Shown here piece after piece: positions 40,340 through 51,075 of a DNA stretch of 62,241 nt. The stretch comes from Pedosphaera sp. Its GTDB lineage: Bacteria > Verrucomicrobiota > Verrucomicrobiia > Limisphaerales > SIBH01. The stretch covers positions 1 to 62,241 of the forward strand of contig JANOQV010000292.1 in assembly GCA_031414955.1 (NCBI GenBank). The letters are read 5' to 3'. The notes under the pieces are model-generated. The model made no database searches. It had not been told where the DNA came from and saw nothing but the letters and a program-made list of their open reading frames with translations. Both the position numbers and the translations under genes were made by a program. Within the stretch, counting starts at the first letter, position 1. Every line of letters begins with the position of its first letter.

Positions 40340-41830
40340 TTACGGGGCGGGAATGGAAATGGTGTCGGAGTCCATGGTGACCGCGCCAATGCGAGCCAGA
40401 GCCCGGCCATCGAGGGTGGCCCCGGTGTTCAGGGTGATCGATTGATTAGCCATGATGGTCCCCTTGAACGCGGTGGTCGTGCCCAGCGTGGCCGAGGATC
40501 CAACCTGCCAGAAGATGTTGGCGGCCTTGGCCCCACCGATCAGGATCACCTGACGTCCAGCGGTCGTGGTCAAGGTGGAGGCGATCTGGAAGATGAAGAT
40601 TCCGTTGGCATCACCCTGGGCGTCGAGCACGAGATCGCCGGAGGAGACTTCCAGCGAACTGGTTGATTTGTAGAGACCGGGTGCCAGCGTCTGGCCGCCC
40701 AGATTTCCGGCGACGCTCACTGGAGCGAGAGTGCGCCCCTTCGCGTCATTGTAAGCGAGCGTCAACGCCGCTTTGGCCAGGCCCGCGGCGGTGTCAGCAG
40801 CGTGGATGTCGCCGTTGATTATTCCCGGGGGAAAGCCAGTCACGGCAGAACCGGGAGACAGCCCAAGATCGCCGTTTACCGTGGTGGCATTGATGCTGGT
40901 GATGGTGGAACCGGCCAGCACGGCGAAATCAGCCGCCGCACCGAGGACGACGGGCGCCTGACCCGAGGTCGAGAGCGTGCCAGGAATTCCAAGCCCGGTG
41001 GTGATGAGGATGATGTTGGGGACGGTAGTATCCACCAAGGCGACGCTTTGGATGTCCTGCACGAGGGGCAGTCCAACCCTCGGCCCGGCGATGATGAGCT
41101 TGCCGCGACGATCCGACGTTTTCGTCCTGACGCCAACCCCATTGACCATGAGCTGATAGGAGGTGAGCGGGGTCAGGCCCGAGGCCCGCACCAAAGCCCT
41201 GGTGGCGCGTGGAGTGCCGCTGAGCTGAAGCCTGCCGCCGGCGCCCGCCTGAAAACCGGTGTTATCCATGGCGCGCTTGACCAGGTAGGCAAAGGAGCGC
41301 GGGTGGGTGAGACCTGCTTGCAGGACAACGTCCCCATTGCTGTTCACGATCACCAGCTCCCGAATGTTGCTGATGGGATCCAAGACTTCCGGAAGCGGGT
41401 GCATACCCGGATTTTTCACATAGAGAATGAACTTTCCACCCCGGCGACCGGTGGTGAGATCCGCCACCGCCGTGGCCGCAACGTCGTCCCCAAGGTAGGC
41501 CACGAGGTGATAAGTCGTGTTGGTATCCAGTCGGGAGACGGTCACCGTCAGCCGCTGGTTGTCCGTCACGCCCCGGCGGGTCAGATTACCGTGAACCGAG
41601 CCGCGCGCATTCGGGTCCACGCCGCTGTTGGTCATGGCGGCCCGAAAGGTGTAGCTGAAGGCATTGACTGCCGCCGAGGCAGGGGCCGCCCGCGACAGCA
41701 TTAAAACGGTTGCACCGAGGACAAAAAACCCGACGAGGTTCCTGGCCCGCTTGGGGATACTGCTGCTGACTACTGATGCGTTTTTGAATTCAAACATAAT
41801 TTCTACTTTCGTTTTGTGTTTTTTTACCAT
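40340..41830 (-). CDS. Exported protein with C-terminal DUF3494 ice-binding-like domain
   Basis: FAVLAGSTIT, GDLGLSPG, GQTLAPGLY, FIFQIASTLTT, NIFWQVGSSATLG, GRALAR. Confidence 0.9.
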   Translation of the reverse strand: MVKKHKTKVEIMFEFKNASVVSSSIPKRARNLVGFFVLGATVLMLSRAAPASAAVNAFSYTFRAAMTNSGVDPNARGSVHGNLTRRGVTDNQRLTVTVSRLDTNTTYHLVAYLGDDVAATAVADLTTGRRGGKFILYVKNPGMHPLPEVLDPISNIRELVIVNSNGDVVLQAGLTHPRSFAYLVKRAMDNTGFQAGAGGRLQLSGTPRATRALVRASGLTPLTSYQLMVNGVGVRTKTSDRRGKLIIAGPRVGLPLVQDIQSVALVDTTVPNIILITTGLGIPGTLSTSGQAPVVLGAAADFAVLAGSTITSINATTVNGDLGLSPGSAVTGFPPGIINGDIHAADTAAGLAKAALTLAYNDAKGRTLAPVSVAGNLGGQTLAPGLYKSTSSLEVSSGDLVLDAQGDANGIFIFQIASTLTTTAGRQVILIGGAKAANIFWQVGSSATLGTTTAFKGTIMANQSITLNTGATLDGRALARIGAVTMDSDTISIPAP

Positions 41831-41852
41831 GCACCCAGCGATGAACGTTGGG

Positions 41853-43076
41853 TCAATTCTTTGAAGGCGATGGTGGCTCGACCGGCTTTTCCGGCGACGT
41901 AGGTTCGGGTTTCTTCCCCGGATTCTTGTCGTCTGTGCCCTTCGGGCCTTTTTTGACTACATCCTTCTTTTCCTTGCCGGGGCGCTGCGGCTCCGTCGGG
42001 GCTTTTGTCCCCGGTTGCCTGGTGCGTAGTTCCTGTTCCGCCGGAGCTTTCTGCTCTGCGGCTTTCACGTCCCGTTCCAATTCCCGCTGGCCTTTGCCGG
42101 GCAATTCTTTGGCCGGCTTTTGCGCTTCCTTCTGGCGCTGGTCGGATTCCACTTCAGACTTCTTCCGCGGTTCACCGACGGTTTTTCGCGGTTCCTCTTG
42201 AATTTGCGGCTGCGTTTCCCGGGCGCGTTCCGGCTTGGCTGAATTTTTCTTTCCAATCGGTTCCGCGGCGCGACCGGGACCTGGAGCCTGCCTGTCGGAA
42301 TTTCCGGGAGCGGATCGACGGCGGGCGATCACGGGCGCTTCTTCCTTCTCCCGCAGTTCTCGAAGGGCGACGGGCTGGACCTTTCGTCCGCTGGCCTGCT
42401 CGATGACCGTGGTGCGGGGGCCTTCGTTGATCACGATCTTGTTCACCACCCGGACGTTCGTGATGTTCACCGTCTTGTTGATGATGGTCGTGTTGTGGAC
42501 CACCACCGTGGAAGGGCGGACGGGCTGCAGGAAATGACGCGACTCGACGAAGACGTAAGCCCGCGGCGCGATGACCGTGACATTCACCGCGACGGAACCC
42601 CGGGAGGAAACTCTGGCTGACGGGTGCATGGGCGCCCAGCCGACATAGCCACCGCCTTCGTGCCAGGAAACCCAGGCCGGAGCCCATTGGATCATGGGCA
42701 CCCAGTACCAGCCGAATTCCGGATCCCAATTCCAGCGACCATAATGATAGGTGGCCCAGCCCCACGGCTCCTCGCTGGCCCAATACCAGCCGGCCTCCGT
42801 GTGCTGCCAGTGGCCGTTGCAGTAGGGACGCCAACTGGCCTCCATTCGGGCCGGTCTCCAGCAGCGTCCGTAAGTGCCGACCACGACCCATTCCCCGTGC
42901 GCGGCGAGGGGTTCATAGAAGTCGCTCTCGGCGTGAATCTCCAGACCCACCACGACCGTGGCCTGAACTCGCGGAGCCGGAGGTTGCGCGTGAACGCAAC
43001 CCGTCAGCATCCCGAGAAGCGAGGCGCATAAGATGAAGCCAACTTTCCCGGTGTTGAAGGGTCTGGTTGCAATCAT
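41853..43076 (-). CDS. DUF6600-like lipoprotein with Lys/Glu/Pro-rich tail
   Basis: LTGC lipobox; WRPYCNGHW...EPWGWATYHYGRW...WAPAWVSW...YVGWAP. Confidence 0.85.
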   Translation of the reverse strand: MIATRPFNTGKVGFILCASLLGMLTGCVHAQPPAPRVQATVVVGLEIHAESDFYEPLAAHGEWVVVGTYGRCWRPARMEASWRPYCNGHWQHTEAGWYWASEEPWGWATYHYGRWNWDPEFGWYWVPMIQWAPAWVSWHEGGGYVGWAPMHPSARVSSRGSVAVNVTVIAPRAYVFVESRHFLQPVRPSTVVVHNTTIINKTVNITNVRVVNKIVINEGPRTTVIEQASGRKVQPVALRELREKEEAPVIARRRSAPGNSDRQAPGPGRAAEPIGKKNSAKPERARETQPQIQEEPRKTVGEPRKKSEVESDQRQKEAQKPAKELPGKGQRELERDVKAAEQKAPAEQELRTRQPGTKAPTEPQRPGKEKKDVVKKGPKGTDDKNPGKKPEPTSPEKPVEPPSPSKN

Positions 43077-43094
43077 GGAATTCTCCTTGTTGGT

Positions 43095-43580
43095 TCAGGG
43101 CGCGATCTTGTCGCTCACCCACTGGCGTGCGTGGGTGAAGCCGTCCTTCAAATCTTCGTAGGCCTTGCTGGAGCCGGCCTTCACGCTGTCCCAGGTGGAT
43201 TCGGTGGCGGCCTTCGCCTCATCAAGCTGCTGGCCCAGTTTGGCTGCTTGATCCCGCAAGGCCTGGAGTTTGGGTTTGGCTTCAGCTTTCATGGCATCAG
43301 TGGCCGCTTCCACTTTGGCTGTGAGCTTTTCGAGGTCGCGATTGAGTTCGGCCAACTGAGCTTGCTTTTCCGTCACGAACTCAGACTTCTGCGCGTAGGC
43401 GTATTCTTTTTTTGCCGCGGCGAGTTCCTTCGTGGCTTGCGCGGTCTCCTTCGTCTTGACCTCCACCTTGTCGGTAGCGGCATCGAGGTTGACCTGGGCT
43501 GACGATTTTTCCGCGGCGGGTTTGCAGCCCACCGCGAAGGCGGCGACGGCGAGGAACGTGATCACTAATTTGCGTTTCAT
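43095..43580 (-). CDS. Ala/Lys-rich coiled-coil lipoprotein
   Basis: AVGC lipobox; ATESTWDSVKAG motif. Confidence 0.8.
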   Translation of the reverse strand: MKRKLVITFLAVAAFAVGCKPAAEKSSAQVNLDAATDKVEVKTKETAQATKELAAAKKEYAYAQKSEFVTEKQAQLAELNRDLEKLTAKVEAATDAMKAEAKPKLQALRDQAAKLGQQLDEAKAATESTWDSVKAGSSKAYEDLKDGFTHARQWVSDKIAP

Positions 43581-43657
43581 AATTTTTTCCTGGTTCTCTG
43601 TTCTGCCTCCGAAGCGTCCTGGTGAAATCCGGCCCGTCTCGGGAGATGACGAGGCAG

Positions 43658-43716
43658 AGACTAGATGTTCCGCCGGTCTTCGCTATGGGGTGTAAACCTC
43701 TGGGGTGAAACCCTAC
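43658..43716 (-). promoter_or_regulatory. Conserved box (tandem) plus -10-like TAGTCT
   Basis: TATGGGGTGTAAACCTCTGGGGTGAAACCCTAC at 43684-43716. Confidence 0.75.
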
Positions 43717-43799
43717 CCCGACGGTTCAGGCATTTCCGGGTTGAGCGAAGTGCAGGCTCCTCGCGGCCCCGTTCCTTGAGGGACCGCCCTCAACCACAA

Positions 43800-44909
43800 T
43801 CAACTCGTCACCAACTCACTGACGGCCGATAGGGACGGCACGCGATCACAGATGATTTTAACCGCCACCAGAATGGGCACGGACAACAAAGCTCCGGGCA
43901 CGCCCCAAAGCCAGGTCCAGAAAATCAGCGAGACGAAGATCATCACCGGGTTGAGCGTGAAGCGCCGGCCGAGCAGGACCGGCGTGATGAGGTTCGCTTC
44001 CAGCAGATGCAGCAGCAGATACCAGGCGGGCGGCAGAAGCCCTTTCCACAAGGTGTCGAAAGTGAGCAGGCCGACGCCGGCCAGCAGGGTGACTCCGGCC
44101 ACGGGTCCGAAGTAGGGAACAAAATTCAGCAGCGCGACCAGCATTCCCCACATGGCGGCATTGGGCACGCCCATGAAATAGAGGCCGCCGCTCACGACGA
44201 TGCCCAGGCCGAGGTTGATGAGCGACACCGAGAACAGGTAATTGGAAATGTTTTGCTGAATCTCGTGGCTGATTTCGACCGCGCGCTTCTTGTCGCTCAA
44301 GGTCGGCATTACGTGGACGAGCTTCTGCAGGAACATGTCGCCCGAGGCGAGCAACAGATAGAGCAGCACCAGCATCTCGCCCACGCCGATGAGAAAAGTC
44401 CCGGTCCAATTGATGAAGGCGCTGGGGACACGGCTGGCCTTGACCTCGACGGTCGTTGTTTTCGTTTGCTCCTCCTCGGTCGCGCCCAGGTTGTTGACCG
44501 CCGCCGCCGCCTGGCTGAAGCGCGCGACGCGCGGGAAAATTTTCTGAGCGCGCTGCCTCAACTCGGTCATGTGTTGCGGCGCGTCGTTCATCCAGGCCAG
44601 CGCGGGCTGGCCGAGTTGGAAGAAGCCAATGGTGACACCGGCGACCAGCAGCGAAATCACCACCGCCGCAGAGACGGCGGGCCGAATGCGGCAGTAAGAC
44701 AACCAGCGGATGAGCGGTTTCAAGATCATCGCCGCTACGCAAGCCACGAAGATTGGCAGGACCACGGGGCGCGCGAAGTAAAGAAAGGCCATCACGCCCA
44801 AAGCGATCAAGACGCCCTGCACATGGGGCGTGCGATGCGCCGCCAGTGTGATCGCGGGAACGGCCAATGGCTCGGGAATCGGCACCGCATCCTGTTCGTC
44901 ATCCTTCAT
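43800..44909 (-). CDS. AI-2E family transporter
   Basis: Polytopic; LLNFVPYFGP, EANLITPVLLG, WGVPGALLSVP. Confidence 0.93.
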   Translation of the reverse strand: MKDDEQDAVPIPEPLAVPAITLAAHRTPHVQGVLIALGVMAFLYFARPVVLPIFVACVAAMILKPLIRWLSYCRIRPAVSAAVVISLLVAGVTIGFFQLGQPALAWMNDAPQHMTELRQRAQKIFPRVARFSQAAAAVNNLGATEEEQTKTTTVEVKASRVPSAFINWTGTFLIGVGEMLVLLYLLLASGDMFLQKLVHVMPTLSDKKRAVEISHEIQQNISNYLFSVSLINLGLGIVVSGGLYFMGVPNAAMWGMLVALLNFVPYFGPVAGVTLLAGVGLLTFDTLWKGLLPPAWYLLLHLLEANLITPVLLGRRFTLNPVMIFVSLIFWTWLWGVPGALLSVPILVAVKIICDRVPSLSAVSELVTS

Positions 44910-45042
44910 TCCGTCTCTCGTGAATATTGCCTCCGGTTCGGGTTACGGTGGGTGGGATTATGTCGCGAACTGCGCGAATGTTCCGGCTCTGAATGACTGC
45001 GGACGGGTGCGCTTTCGCACCCGCCCACAGCGATTGCTCGGA

Positions 45043-45825
45043 TCAGTTGGCCGCCACCGGGGCGGCGATGGTCATGTCGTTGTTCACGCTGATGACACCT
45101 TCAATGTTCGTGACCAGCTTGGTGACCAGACTTTTTTCGGCGGCGTTCTTGGCGATGCCGCTGACTGTCACGACTCCATCCGCCGTCGAGACCTTCGTCT
45201 TCAGGGCGCTGGTTGAGCGGCGCGACATCAAGGCCGACTTGACGTGGGCCGTGATGGAGGCGTCGTCCATCTTCTCGCCGAGCGTTTCAGTCGCCTTGGC
45301 TGGAGCCTTGTCGATCGTCATTTCATTCTTCACTTCCTTCACACCTTCCACGTCCTTGGCGTATTCGGTGGTCAGATCCTTTTGGGCCAGGCTCGAGGCT
45401 TCACCGGTCAGAGTGACAATCCCGCCCCTCACATTCACGTCCGTCCGCGTGGCTCGCACGTTGCGATGGAACAGCAGCGCGCTCTTCACCTTCGTGCCGA
45501 CCCAGGCGTCCGAATGCTCGGCGGGGCCGTCGCCTTTAATCTTCAACTGGTTGTCCACGCTCTTGACGCCGGGCAGGCTTTCCACCGTGTCCTGGGCCAG
45601 GGATTTGTGGGAGCTGTCCGCGACCGTGCCGGTCAGGGTGACGGCACCATTCTTGGACTCAGCCTTGATGGAATCGTCCTTGAGGTGGGTTTTGAACACG
45701 TAGGACTTTTTGGCGGATGACTCAATGCGGTCGTCCGTGTCGTTGGCGCGAAGCGATGTGCTGCTGACTAACAGGGCGCTCGTGGCCGCGAGCAGCGCGA
45801 GCGAACCGATGGATTTGATTTTCAT
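45043..45825 (-). CDS. OsmY-like triple-BON-domain protein
   Basis: Signal peptide; three G-x-VT-(L/V)-(T/S)-G...GV-x-x-V-x-N repeats. Confidence 0.92.
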   Translation of the reverse strand: MKIKSIGSLALLAATSALLVSSTSLRANDTDDRIESSAKKSYVFKTHLKDDSIKAESKNGAVTLTGTVADSSHKSLAQDTVESLPGVKSVDNQLKIKGDGPAEHSDAWVGTKVKSALLFHRNVRATRTDVNVRGGIVTLTGEASSLAQKDLTTEYAKDVEGVKEVKNEMTIDKAPAKATETLGEKMDDASITAHVKSALMSRRSTSALKTKVSTADGVVTVSGIAKNAAEKSLVTKLVTNIEGVISVNNDMTIAAPVAAN

Positions 45826-45876
45826 TATGCTTTTTTCTTTCGATGGTTGTGTTGTTTGTTTTTCAACACGAGAGCC

Positions 45877-45936
45877 ACGGTAGGTGGCGGAAGGGCGCGG
45901 CGATATGGGGTGTAAGCCTATGGGGTGTAACCCTAC
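45877..45936 (-). promoter_or_regulatory. Conserved box (tandem) plus -10-like TACCGT
   Basis: TATGGGGTGTAAGCCTATGGGGTGTAACCCTAC at 45904-45936. Confidence 0.78.
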
Positions 45937-46060
45937 TGGCTGACCATGCCCTTGCCCTTCAATGACTGCTGCCGCAGGCCGCACCGAATCCCCCCTCCAC
46001 ACGCGGGAAGCAATGGCAGCCCACGGTTCCTCGCGTATGGGTTCGGCTTCCTGCGTTCCA

Positions 46061-46176
46061 TCAAGTCCATCGAATCGTCACACTGCCATCGAGGCGCTTG
46101 GATAAATCGACCGGGGCATTTCGTAACCCAGGCTGCACCCGACGCGCACAGTGAGGTTCAGAGGAGTCCAGTTCAT
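46061..46176 (-). pseudogene. Possible internally deleted transglutaminase-family gene
   Basis: MNWTPLNLTVRVGCSLGYE joined out of frame to APVDLSKRLDGSVTIRWT*; family call is from recall only. Confidence 0.45.
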
Positions 46177-46247
46177 GGTGTTAAATGCTTTTGTTCCGCG
46201 CGGGCGGCGCCAAGACAATATTGTCCCCTCCGTCAGCCGACCCGTGC

Positions 46248-46292
46248 AGAATACGAGGCAAGCCGGCCCGGTAACATGGGGTGTTACCCGAC
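46248..46292 (-). promoter_or_regulatory. Conserved box plus -10-like TATTCT
   Basis: CATGGGGTGTTACCCGAC at 46275-46292. Confidence 0.7.
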
Positions 46293-46311
46293 CGGGCCTG
46301 GCCCCTGCGGG

Positions 46312-49113
46312 CTACGCCGGTATGGCGCGCGGATCGCGACCCCGGCCAAAGCGAATCCACTTTTCCAATTCTACCGCGACAAAAGCCAGGGCCGCGACAC
46401 CCACGATGCGCAGCCAGGACACGGCGTCGATGGGCGCGGTGTGGAAGAGTTTGTTCATCAGCGGCAGGTAGGTGAAGAGGAGTTGCGCGCCCGACATCAC
46501 CAGCGCGCCGATGAGCGTCCAGCGGTTGGTGAACATCCCGATGGAGAAGATGGAATGGTGGAGTGAACGACAATTGAAGAGATAAATCATCTGCACCATG
46601 ACGATGGTGTTGACGGCGACGGTGCGCGCCACCGCCAGGCCAGCCTGCTCAACGCGCAGTTCCCAAAGAAACAATCCCAGCGCGCCGCCGAGCAGGATAA
46701 GCGACACCAGCCCGGTGCGCATGATGAGGGGAAAGGTGAGCAACGGCTGCTTCGGGGCGCGCGGCGGGCGGCTCATCACGTCGCGCTCCTTCGGCTCGAA
46801 GGCCAGTGACAGTCCGAGCAGCGTGTCGGTCAGGTTGATCCAGAGCAGTTGCAGCGGCAGCAGCGGCAGCGGCAGTCCGAGCACGATGGCACTCAAGAGC
46901 GTCAGCTCTTCGCCGAGGTTGGTCGGAATGATCCAGACGATGAACTTGGTCAGGTTGTCGAACACGCCGCGACCTTCCTCCACGGCGGCCTGGATGGAGG
47001 CGAAGTTGTCGTCGGTGAGAATCATCGCCGCCGCGCCCTTGGCCACGTCCGTGCCGCTGATGCCCATGGCCACGCCGATGTCGGCCTGCTTGAGCGCGGG
47101 CGCGTCGTTCACGCCGTCGCCGGTCATCGCGACGACGTGACCGCGAGACTGAAGCGCCTTCACGAGCCGGAGCTTTTGTTCGGGCGCGACCCGGGCGAAG
47201 ACAGCGGTGCGTTCCGCGACTTCGGGAAGTTCTTCGTCCGGGACTTTCTCCAATTCGCGGCCGGAGAGGGCGGGCAACTCACTTGTAGCAGCCGACGTAA
47301 GGAGGCTATGATTTCCTTCGCTCGCAGCACCAGGAGTTTTGAGCCTCCTCACGTCGGCTGCTACCAGCGGAGAATGATCGAGTCCAATCTGCCGCGCGAT
47401 GGCGCGGGCGGTGACGAGGTGGTCGCCGGTGATCATCTTCACGGCGATGCCGGCGCGCTGGCACTGGCGCACGGAGGCGATGGCGGCAGGGCGCGGAGGG
47501 TCCATCATCGCCTGCAAGCCGAGGAAGGTGAGACCGGCGGCGACGTGGGCGTGCTCGAGTTTGGCGTGACCCGCATCCACATGCCGGCGGGCCAGGGCCA
47601 GCACGCGCAGTCCGCGCGCGGCCATCGTTTCAGCGGCGCGATGCACGGCGTCCTTGTCGAGCGCGACCAGCGCATTACTTTCGCCGAGCGCGTCAGTGCA
47701 GCGTTCGAGCAGTCGTTCGAGCGCGCCGACTTTGTAGATGACACGGCCTTTGTTCGACTCGTGCAGCGTGGCGCGGAACATGTGCTCGGACTCGAACGGA
47801 ATCGTGTCCAGCACCGGCGTCTGGCTGTGCGCATCGGCGCGAATGACTCCGCCTTTTTCAGCGGCGACGAGCAGCGCGGCTTCGGTGGGGTCGCCCTGCA
47901 CCTTGAGCCGTCCGTCTTCGCGCACGAGCTGCGACTCGTTGCAGAGCACGCCAGCGAGCAAACACTCGGCGAGCGCGGGATGTTCGGACACCTTCACGGA
48001 CGCGCCATCGAGGCGAAGTTCACCCTTGGGTTCGTAGCCGCCACCCGTGACTTCGTAGAGTTTTCCGCCCGCGAAAATTTCCTGCACGGTCATCTGGTTC
48101 TCGGTCAGCGTGCCGGTCTTGTCCGAACAAATGACGGTGGTGCTGCCGAGCGTTTCAACGGCGGGCAGCTTGCGGATGATGGCCTGCCGCTTCGCCATCC
48201 GGGACACGCCGATGGCAAGGACAATGGTGACAGCGGCGGGCAATCCCTCGGGAATCGCGCCCACCGCCAGCGCCACGGCGGCCATGAACATCTCGACCGG
48301 CTTTTCGCCACGCGCGACGCCGAGCGCGAACGTGGCCGCCGCCAGACCGACGATGACCCAGAGCACCAGCTTGCTAAACTGCGCGATTTTCTTCGTCAAC
48401 GGCGTGGACAATTCGACCGCGCTGGAAATGAGATGCGAGATGCGCCCCGTCTCGGTCTGGTCGCCGATGGCCCACACCACGCCTTCGGCCTGGCCGCTGG
48501 TGATGAGCGTACCGGTGTAGGTGAGATTTTTTCGCTCGGCGAGAATGGTGTCCAGCGCGAGCGCGTCGGCGTGCTTGGCCACCGGCAGCGATTCGCCGGT
48601 CAACGCCGATTCATCCGCGTGCAGATTGCGGACATGGAAGAGCCGCAAGTCGGCCGGCACGCGGTCCCCGGATTGAAGCAGCACCACATCGCCCGGCACG
48701 AGTTGTTCCGAGTGGATGCGCAGTTTGCGACCGTCGCGGCGCACGTTGGTTTCAGTGGCGACCATCTTGGCGAGCGCCTCGATGGCTTTCTCCGCCTTGG
48801 CCTCCTGAAGAAAACCGACAATGGCATTGATGATCACGACGCCGAAGATGACCGACGAATCCACCCACTCACCGAGGAACGCCGTCACGCCGACCGCCAC
48901 GAGCAAGATGTAAACGAGCGGCTGGTTGAACTGCTTGAGAAACTTCAGCCACGCCGGAGTGCCGCGCCGCGCAGTGACGCGGTTCGGGCCGTGTTCCTTC
49001 TGGCGGCGACGCACTTCATCCCCCGACAGTCCGGTGGACAAGTTCACTTCCAGCAACTTCACCAACTCATCGTGGTGGACCTGATGCCAGTGCGTGGCTG
49101 CCGCCGGTTTCAT
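46312..49113 (-). CDS. P2-type cation-transporting ATPase
   Basis: [47 protein letters not shown]. Confidence 0.97.
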   Translation of the reverse strand: MKPAAATHWHQVHHDELVKLLEVNLSTGLSGDEVRRRQKEHGPNRVTARRGTPAWLKFLKQFNQPLVYILLVAVGVTAFLGEWVDSSVIFGVVIINAIVGFLQEAKAEKAIEALAKMVATETNVRRDGRKLRIHSEQLVPGDVVLLQSGDRVPADLRLFHVRNLHADESALTGESLPVAKHADALALDTILAERKNLTYTGTLITSGQAEGVVWAIGDQTETGRISHLISSAVELSTPLTKKIAQFSKLVLWVIVGLAAATFALGVARGEKPVEMFMAAVALAVGAIPEGLPAAVTIVLAIGVSRMAKRQAIIRKLPAVETLGSTTVICSDKTGTLTENQMTVQEIFAGGKLYEVTGGGYEPKGELRLDGASVKVSEHPALAECLLAGVLCNESQLVREDGRLKVQGDPTEAALLVAAEKGGVIRADAHSQTPVLDTIPFESEHMFRATLHESNKGRVIYKVGALERLLERCTDALGESNALVALDKDAVHRAAETMAARGLRVLALARRHVDAGHAKLEHAHVAAGLTFLGLQAMMDPPRPAAIASVRQCQRAGIAVKMITGDHLVTARAIARQIGLDHSPLVAADVRRLKTPGAASEGNHSLLTSAATSELPALSGRELEKVPDEELPEVAERTAVFARVAPEQKLRLVKALQSRGHVVAMTGDGVNDAPALKQADIGVAMGISGTDVAKGAAAMILTDDNFASIQAAVEEGRGVFDNLTKFIVWIIPTNLGEELTLLSAIVLGLPLPLLPLQLLWINLTDTLLGLSLAFEPKERDVMSRPPRAPKQPLLTFPLIMRTGLVSLILLGGALGLFLWELRVEQAGLAVARTVAVNTIVMVQMIYLFNCRSLHHSIFSIGMFTNRWTLIGALVMSGAQLLFTYLPLMNKLFHTAPIDAVSWLRIVGVAALAFVAVELEKWIRFGRGRDPRAIPA
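47285..47364. repeat. REP-like palindrome in frame within the ATPase gene
   Basis: GTAGCAGCCGACGTAAGGAGGCT ... AGCCTCCTCACGTCGGCTGCTAC, 22/23 paired. Confidence 0.88.
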
Positions 49114-49715
49114 GGCTCGGCCAATTCGTCTTCGAGCATCGCCACCTGCTCGCGAACGTAATCGCCATAACCCCAGCCGATGTGGCTGGCCAACTGCGCC
49201 ACGCGCGCCAGCCGGTCACGGCACTGAGGATAACTCTCCCGCCCCTCGACCCGGAGCAGCCCGGCCAGTTCGTTCAACACCGACTCCAGGCTGCTGTAGT
49301 ACGCTTCGTTGATGTCGCCAAACTGCTGCGTGAACTCCGTGCCGTTCTCCACGTAAGTGAGCATCAGGTCCATCGTGCCCGCGACGTGGCCCGTGGCCTT
49401 GCGATAATCGCGGATGGCTTTGCGTGCCTCCGCCAGCTTGAGCTTGCCGAAACCGCGCGCCGGAAAGAACTGCTCCACGATTTTGCGCCGATACCTTTCC
49501 AGCGCATCGCCGCCGGCGCTCTCCGCGTCAAATCGCGCCCGCAAGAAATCCCGGTTCTCCGGCGACGCGTCGTGCAAATCCTTGACCAGCGCGAGGAGCG
49601 CGGGCTTGGGCCAGTCGGCGATCTGTCGGCGGATGCCGGACCAGCCGGTCACGCGTTTCACGGTTAGAGTTTCAGCGTTCACGCGTGACAGATTTGGGGA
49701 AGGCAAGTCCGTCAT
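49110..49715 (-). CDS. Conserved helical hypothetical protein (DUF6155-like)
   Basis: LKLAEARKAIRDYRK, YVENGTEFTQQFGDINEAYY, IGWGYGD; abuts the upstream gene and overlaps the ATPase start. Confidence 0.75.
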   Translation of the reverse strand: MTDLPSPNLSRVNAETLTVKRVTGWSGIRRQIADWPKPALLALVKDLHDASPENRDFLRARFDAESAGGDALERYRRKIVEQFFPARGFGKLKLAEARKAIRDYRKATGHVAGTMDLMLTYVENGTEFTQQFGDINEAYYSSLESVLNELAGLLRVEGRESYPQCRDRLARVAQLASHIGWGYGDYVREQVAMLEDELAEP

Positions 49716-51062
49716 CTAACTCCACTCTGCGAGCAGGCCGTTCAACTTCCCGGAAATCAGCGCCTGTTCCGCCTGTGCGATGTCGAAGACTCCAGCGAGC
49801 AGATGGTCGTTCGTCATCGGCTCGTTGAACGCGAAGACGGCGTTGTAGAGGTAGTGCAGTTGCCGGTCAGCGATGCGCCAATGCGCTCCGTCTTGCACGA
49901 ACGCCGGCCCTTTACCCCACCGGATGTCGGCGAGTTTGTCGAAGTAGTCACCGCGCAGGAACAGCGGGTCGAGATTTGTGGCGAGAGCGCCACGAACCGG
50001 GAGATTGGCACCGTCGTCGGCGTAGTAGGCACCGAATTTCAAAAGCTGGTAAGTGCCCTTCTTGATGTCATCCGTGCGACCCAATCCGGGCTTGGTCTTG
50101 TTGGAATCAATTTCGTCGCCCCAGCCGTTGACCAGATACGCGAGAACTTCGTCGCGTTCGTTTCGCTTCGTCTTGTGGACGGAGTAAGCGTAGAACAATT
50201 CCAGCCAGGCCGAAAAGTACTCGAGCAGGTTGCTGCTTTGCCCGAAACTTTTTGCCGCCGCCGCGAAAGGCCAGTTGACGTCAGTGCCGCGCGGAAGAGC
50301 GAATCGAGTCGGGCGATGCGGGAGAAACAGGAACAGCCTTTCGTAGTCCACCGGAACATCCACGAGACTGTGCTGGCGAAACTCTTTTCGCCCATCGGCT
50401 GCTTCCTTCATCAGCGGTTCGGCCAGTTCCATCCCGATGGGGAACGTGACCATCGGCGACGCTTTGACTTCCAACAGCAGGAGAAGATTGTTGCGAAAGG
50501 CAACGACATCCACGTCATGCGATTGTTTGGTGATGACCGCCAGTGAGAGCGGATTTGCTGCCGCGCTCATCACCAACTTCAAGAGCATCGCCATCGCGGT
50601 CGTAGTGATCTCGCCGATGTGATGGCTGGAAGGTTTGTGCTGCGCGCCGGACAGGCGTTTCTCCAGCCCAAGGTCGAGGCAACAAATCGGGCACTGTTTG
50701 AGGAAGGAGTAATAAACGGTTGGGCGAGGTTCGCCGTGGCGATGGCAGTAAATCCATTTGGAGTTCACCAGCCTGCCGTGGACGTATTCCACGTTGCAGG
50801 CCAGGTCGAACAGCGCCGCGAGAAACAAGTGGAAGCGGCGTCCGCCGTCCGCTGCGCGTTTGAGAAATGCGTCACTGGTCCAAAGCGGGTCGGAGAGCGA
50901 AGCTGAGTAACAACGCAACGAGTTCGACAGAAGGCGGGCCATGCCGCCGCCGCAGATATACTCGTTCTGAGTCAGGTCGGCTTCGGCGAGACGTTCGAGA
51001 TCGGCAATCTTCGCCTTGGTTTGGAGATGCGAGTAGTCCGGGAACAGAAGCTTGTTGGGCAT
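49716..51062 (-). CDS. Putative type II restriction endonuclease
   Basis: DVDVV...LEVKASP PD-(D/E)xK-like motif; CxxH and CxxC; 13 bp downstream of a C5 methyltransferase. Confidence 0.7.
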   Translation of the reverse strand: MPNKLLFPDYSHLQTKAKIADLERLAEADLTQNEYICGGGMARLLSNSLRCYSASLSDPLWTSDAFLKRAADGGRRFHLFLAALFDLACNVEYVHGRLVNSKWIYCHRHGEPRPTVYYSFLKQCPICCLDLGLEKRLSGAQHKPSSHHIGEITTTAMAMLLKLVMSAAANPLSLAVITKQSHDVDVVAFRNNLLLLLEVKASPMVTFPIGMELAEPLMKEAADGRKEFRQHSLVDVPVDYERLFLFLPHRPTRFALPRGTDVNWPFAAAAKSFGQSSNLLEYFSAWLELFYAYSVHKTKRNERDEVLAYLVNGWGDEIDSNKTKPGLGRTDDIKKGTYQLLKFGAYYADDGANLPVRGALATNLDPLFLRGDYFDKLADIRWGKGPAFVQDGAHWRIADRQLHYLYNAVFAFNEPMTNDHLLAGVFDIAQAEQALISGKLNGLLAEWS

Positions 51063-51075
51063 AAGCAGACAAGTC

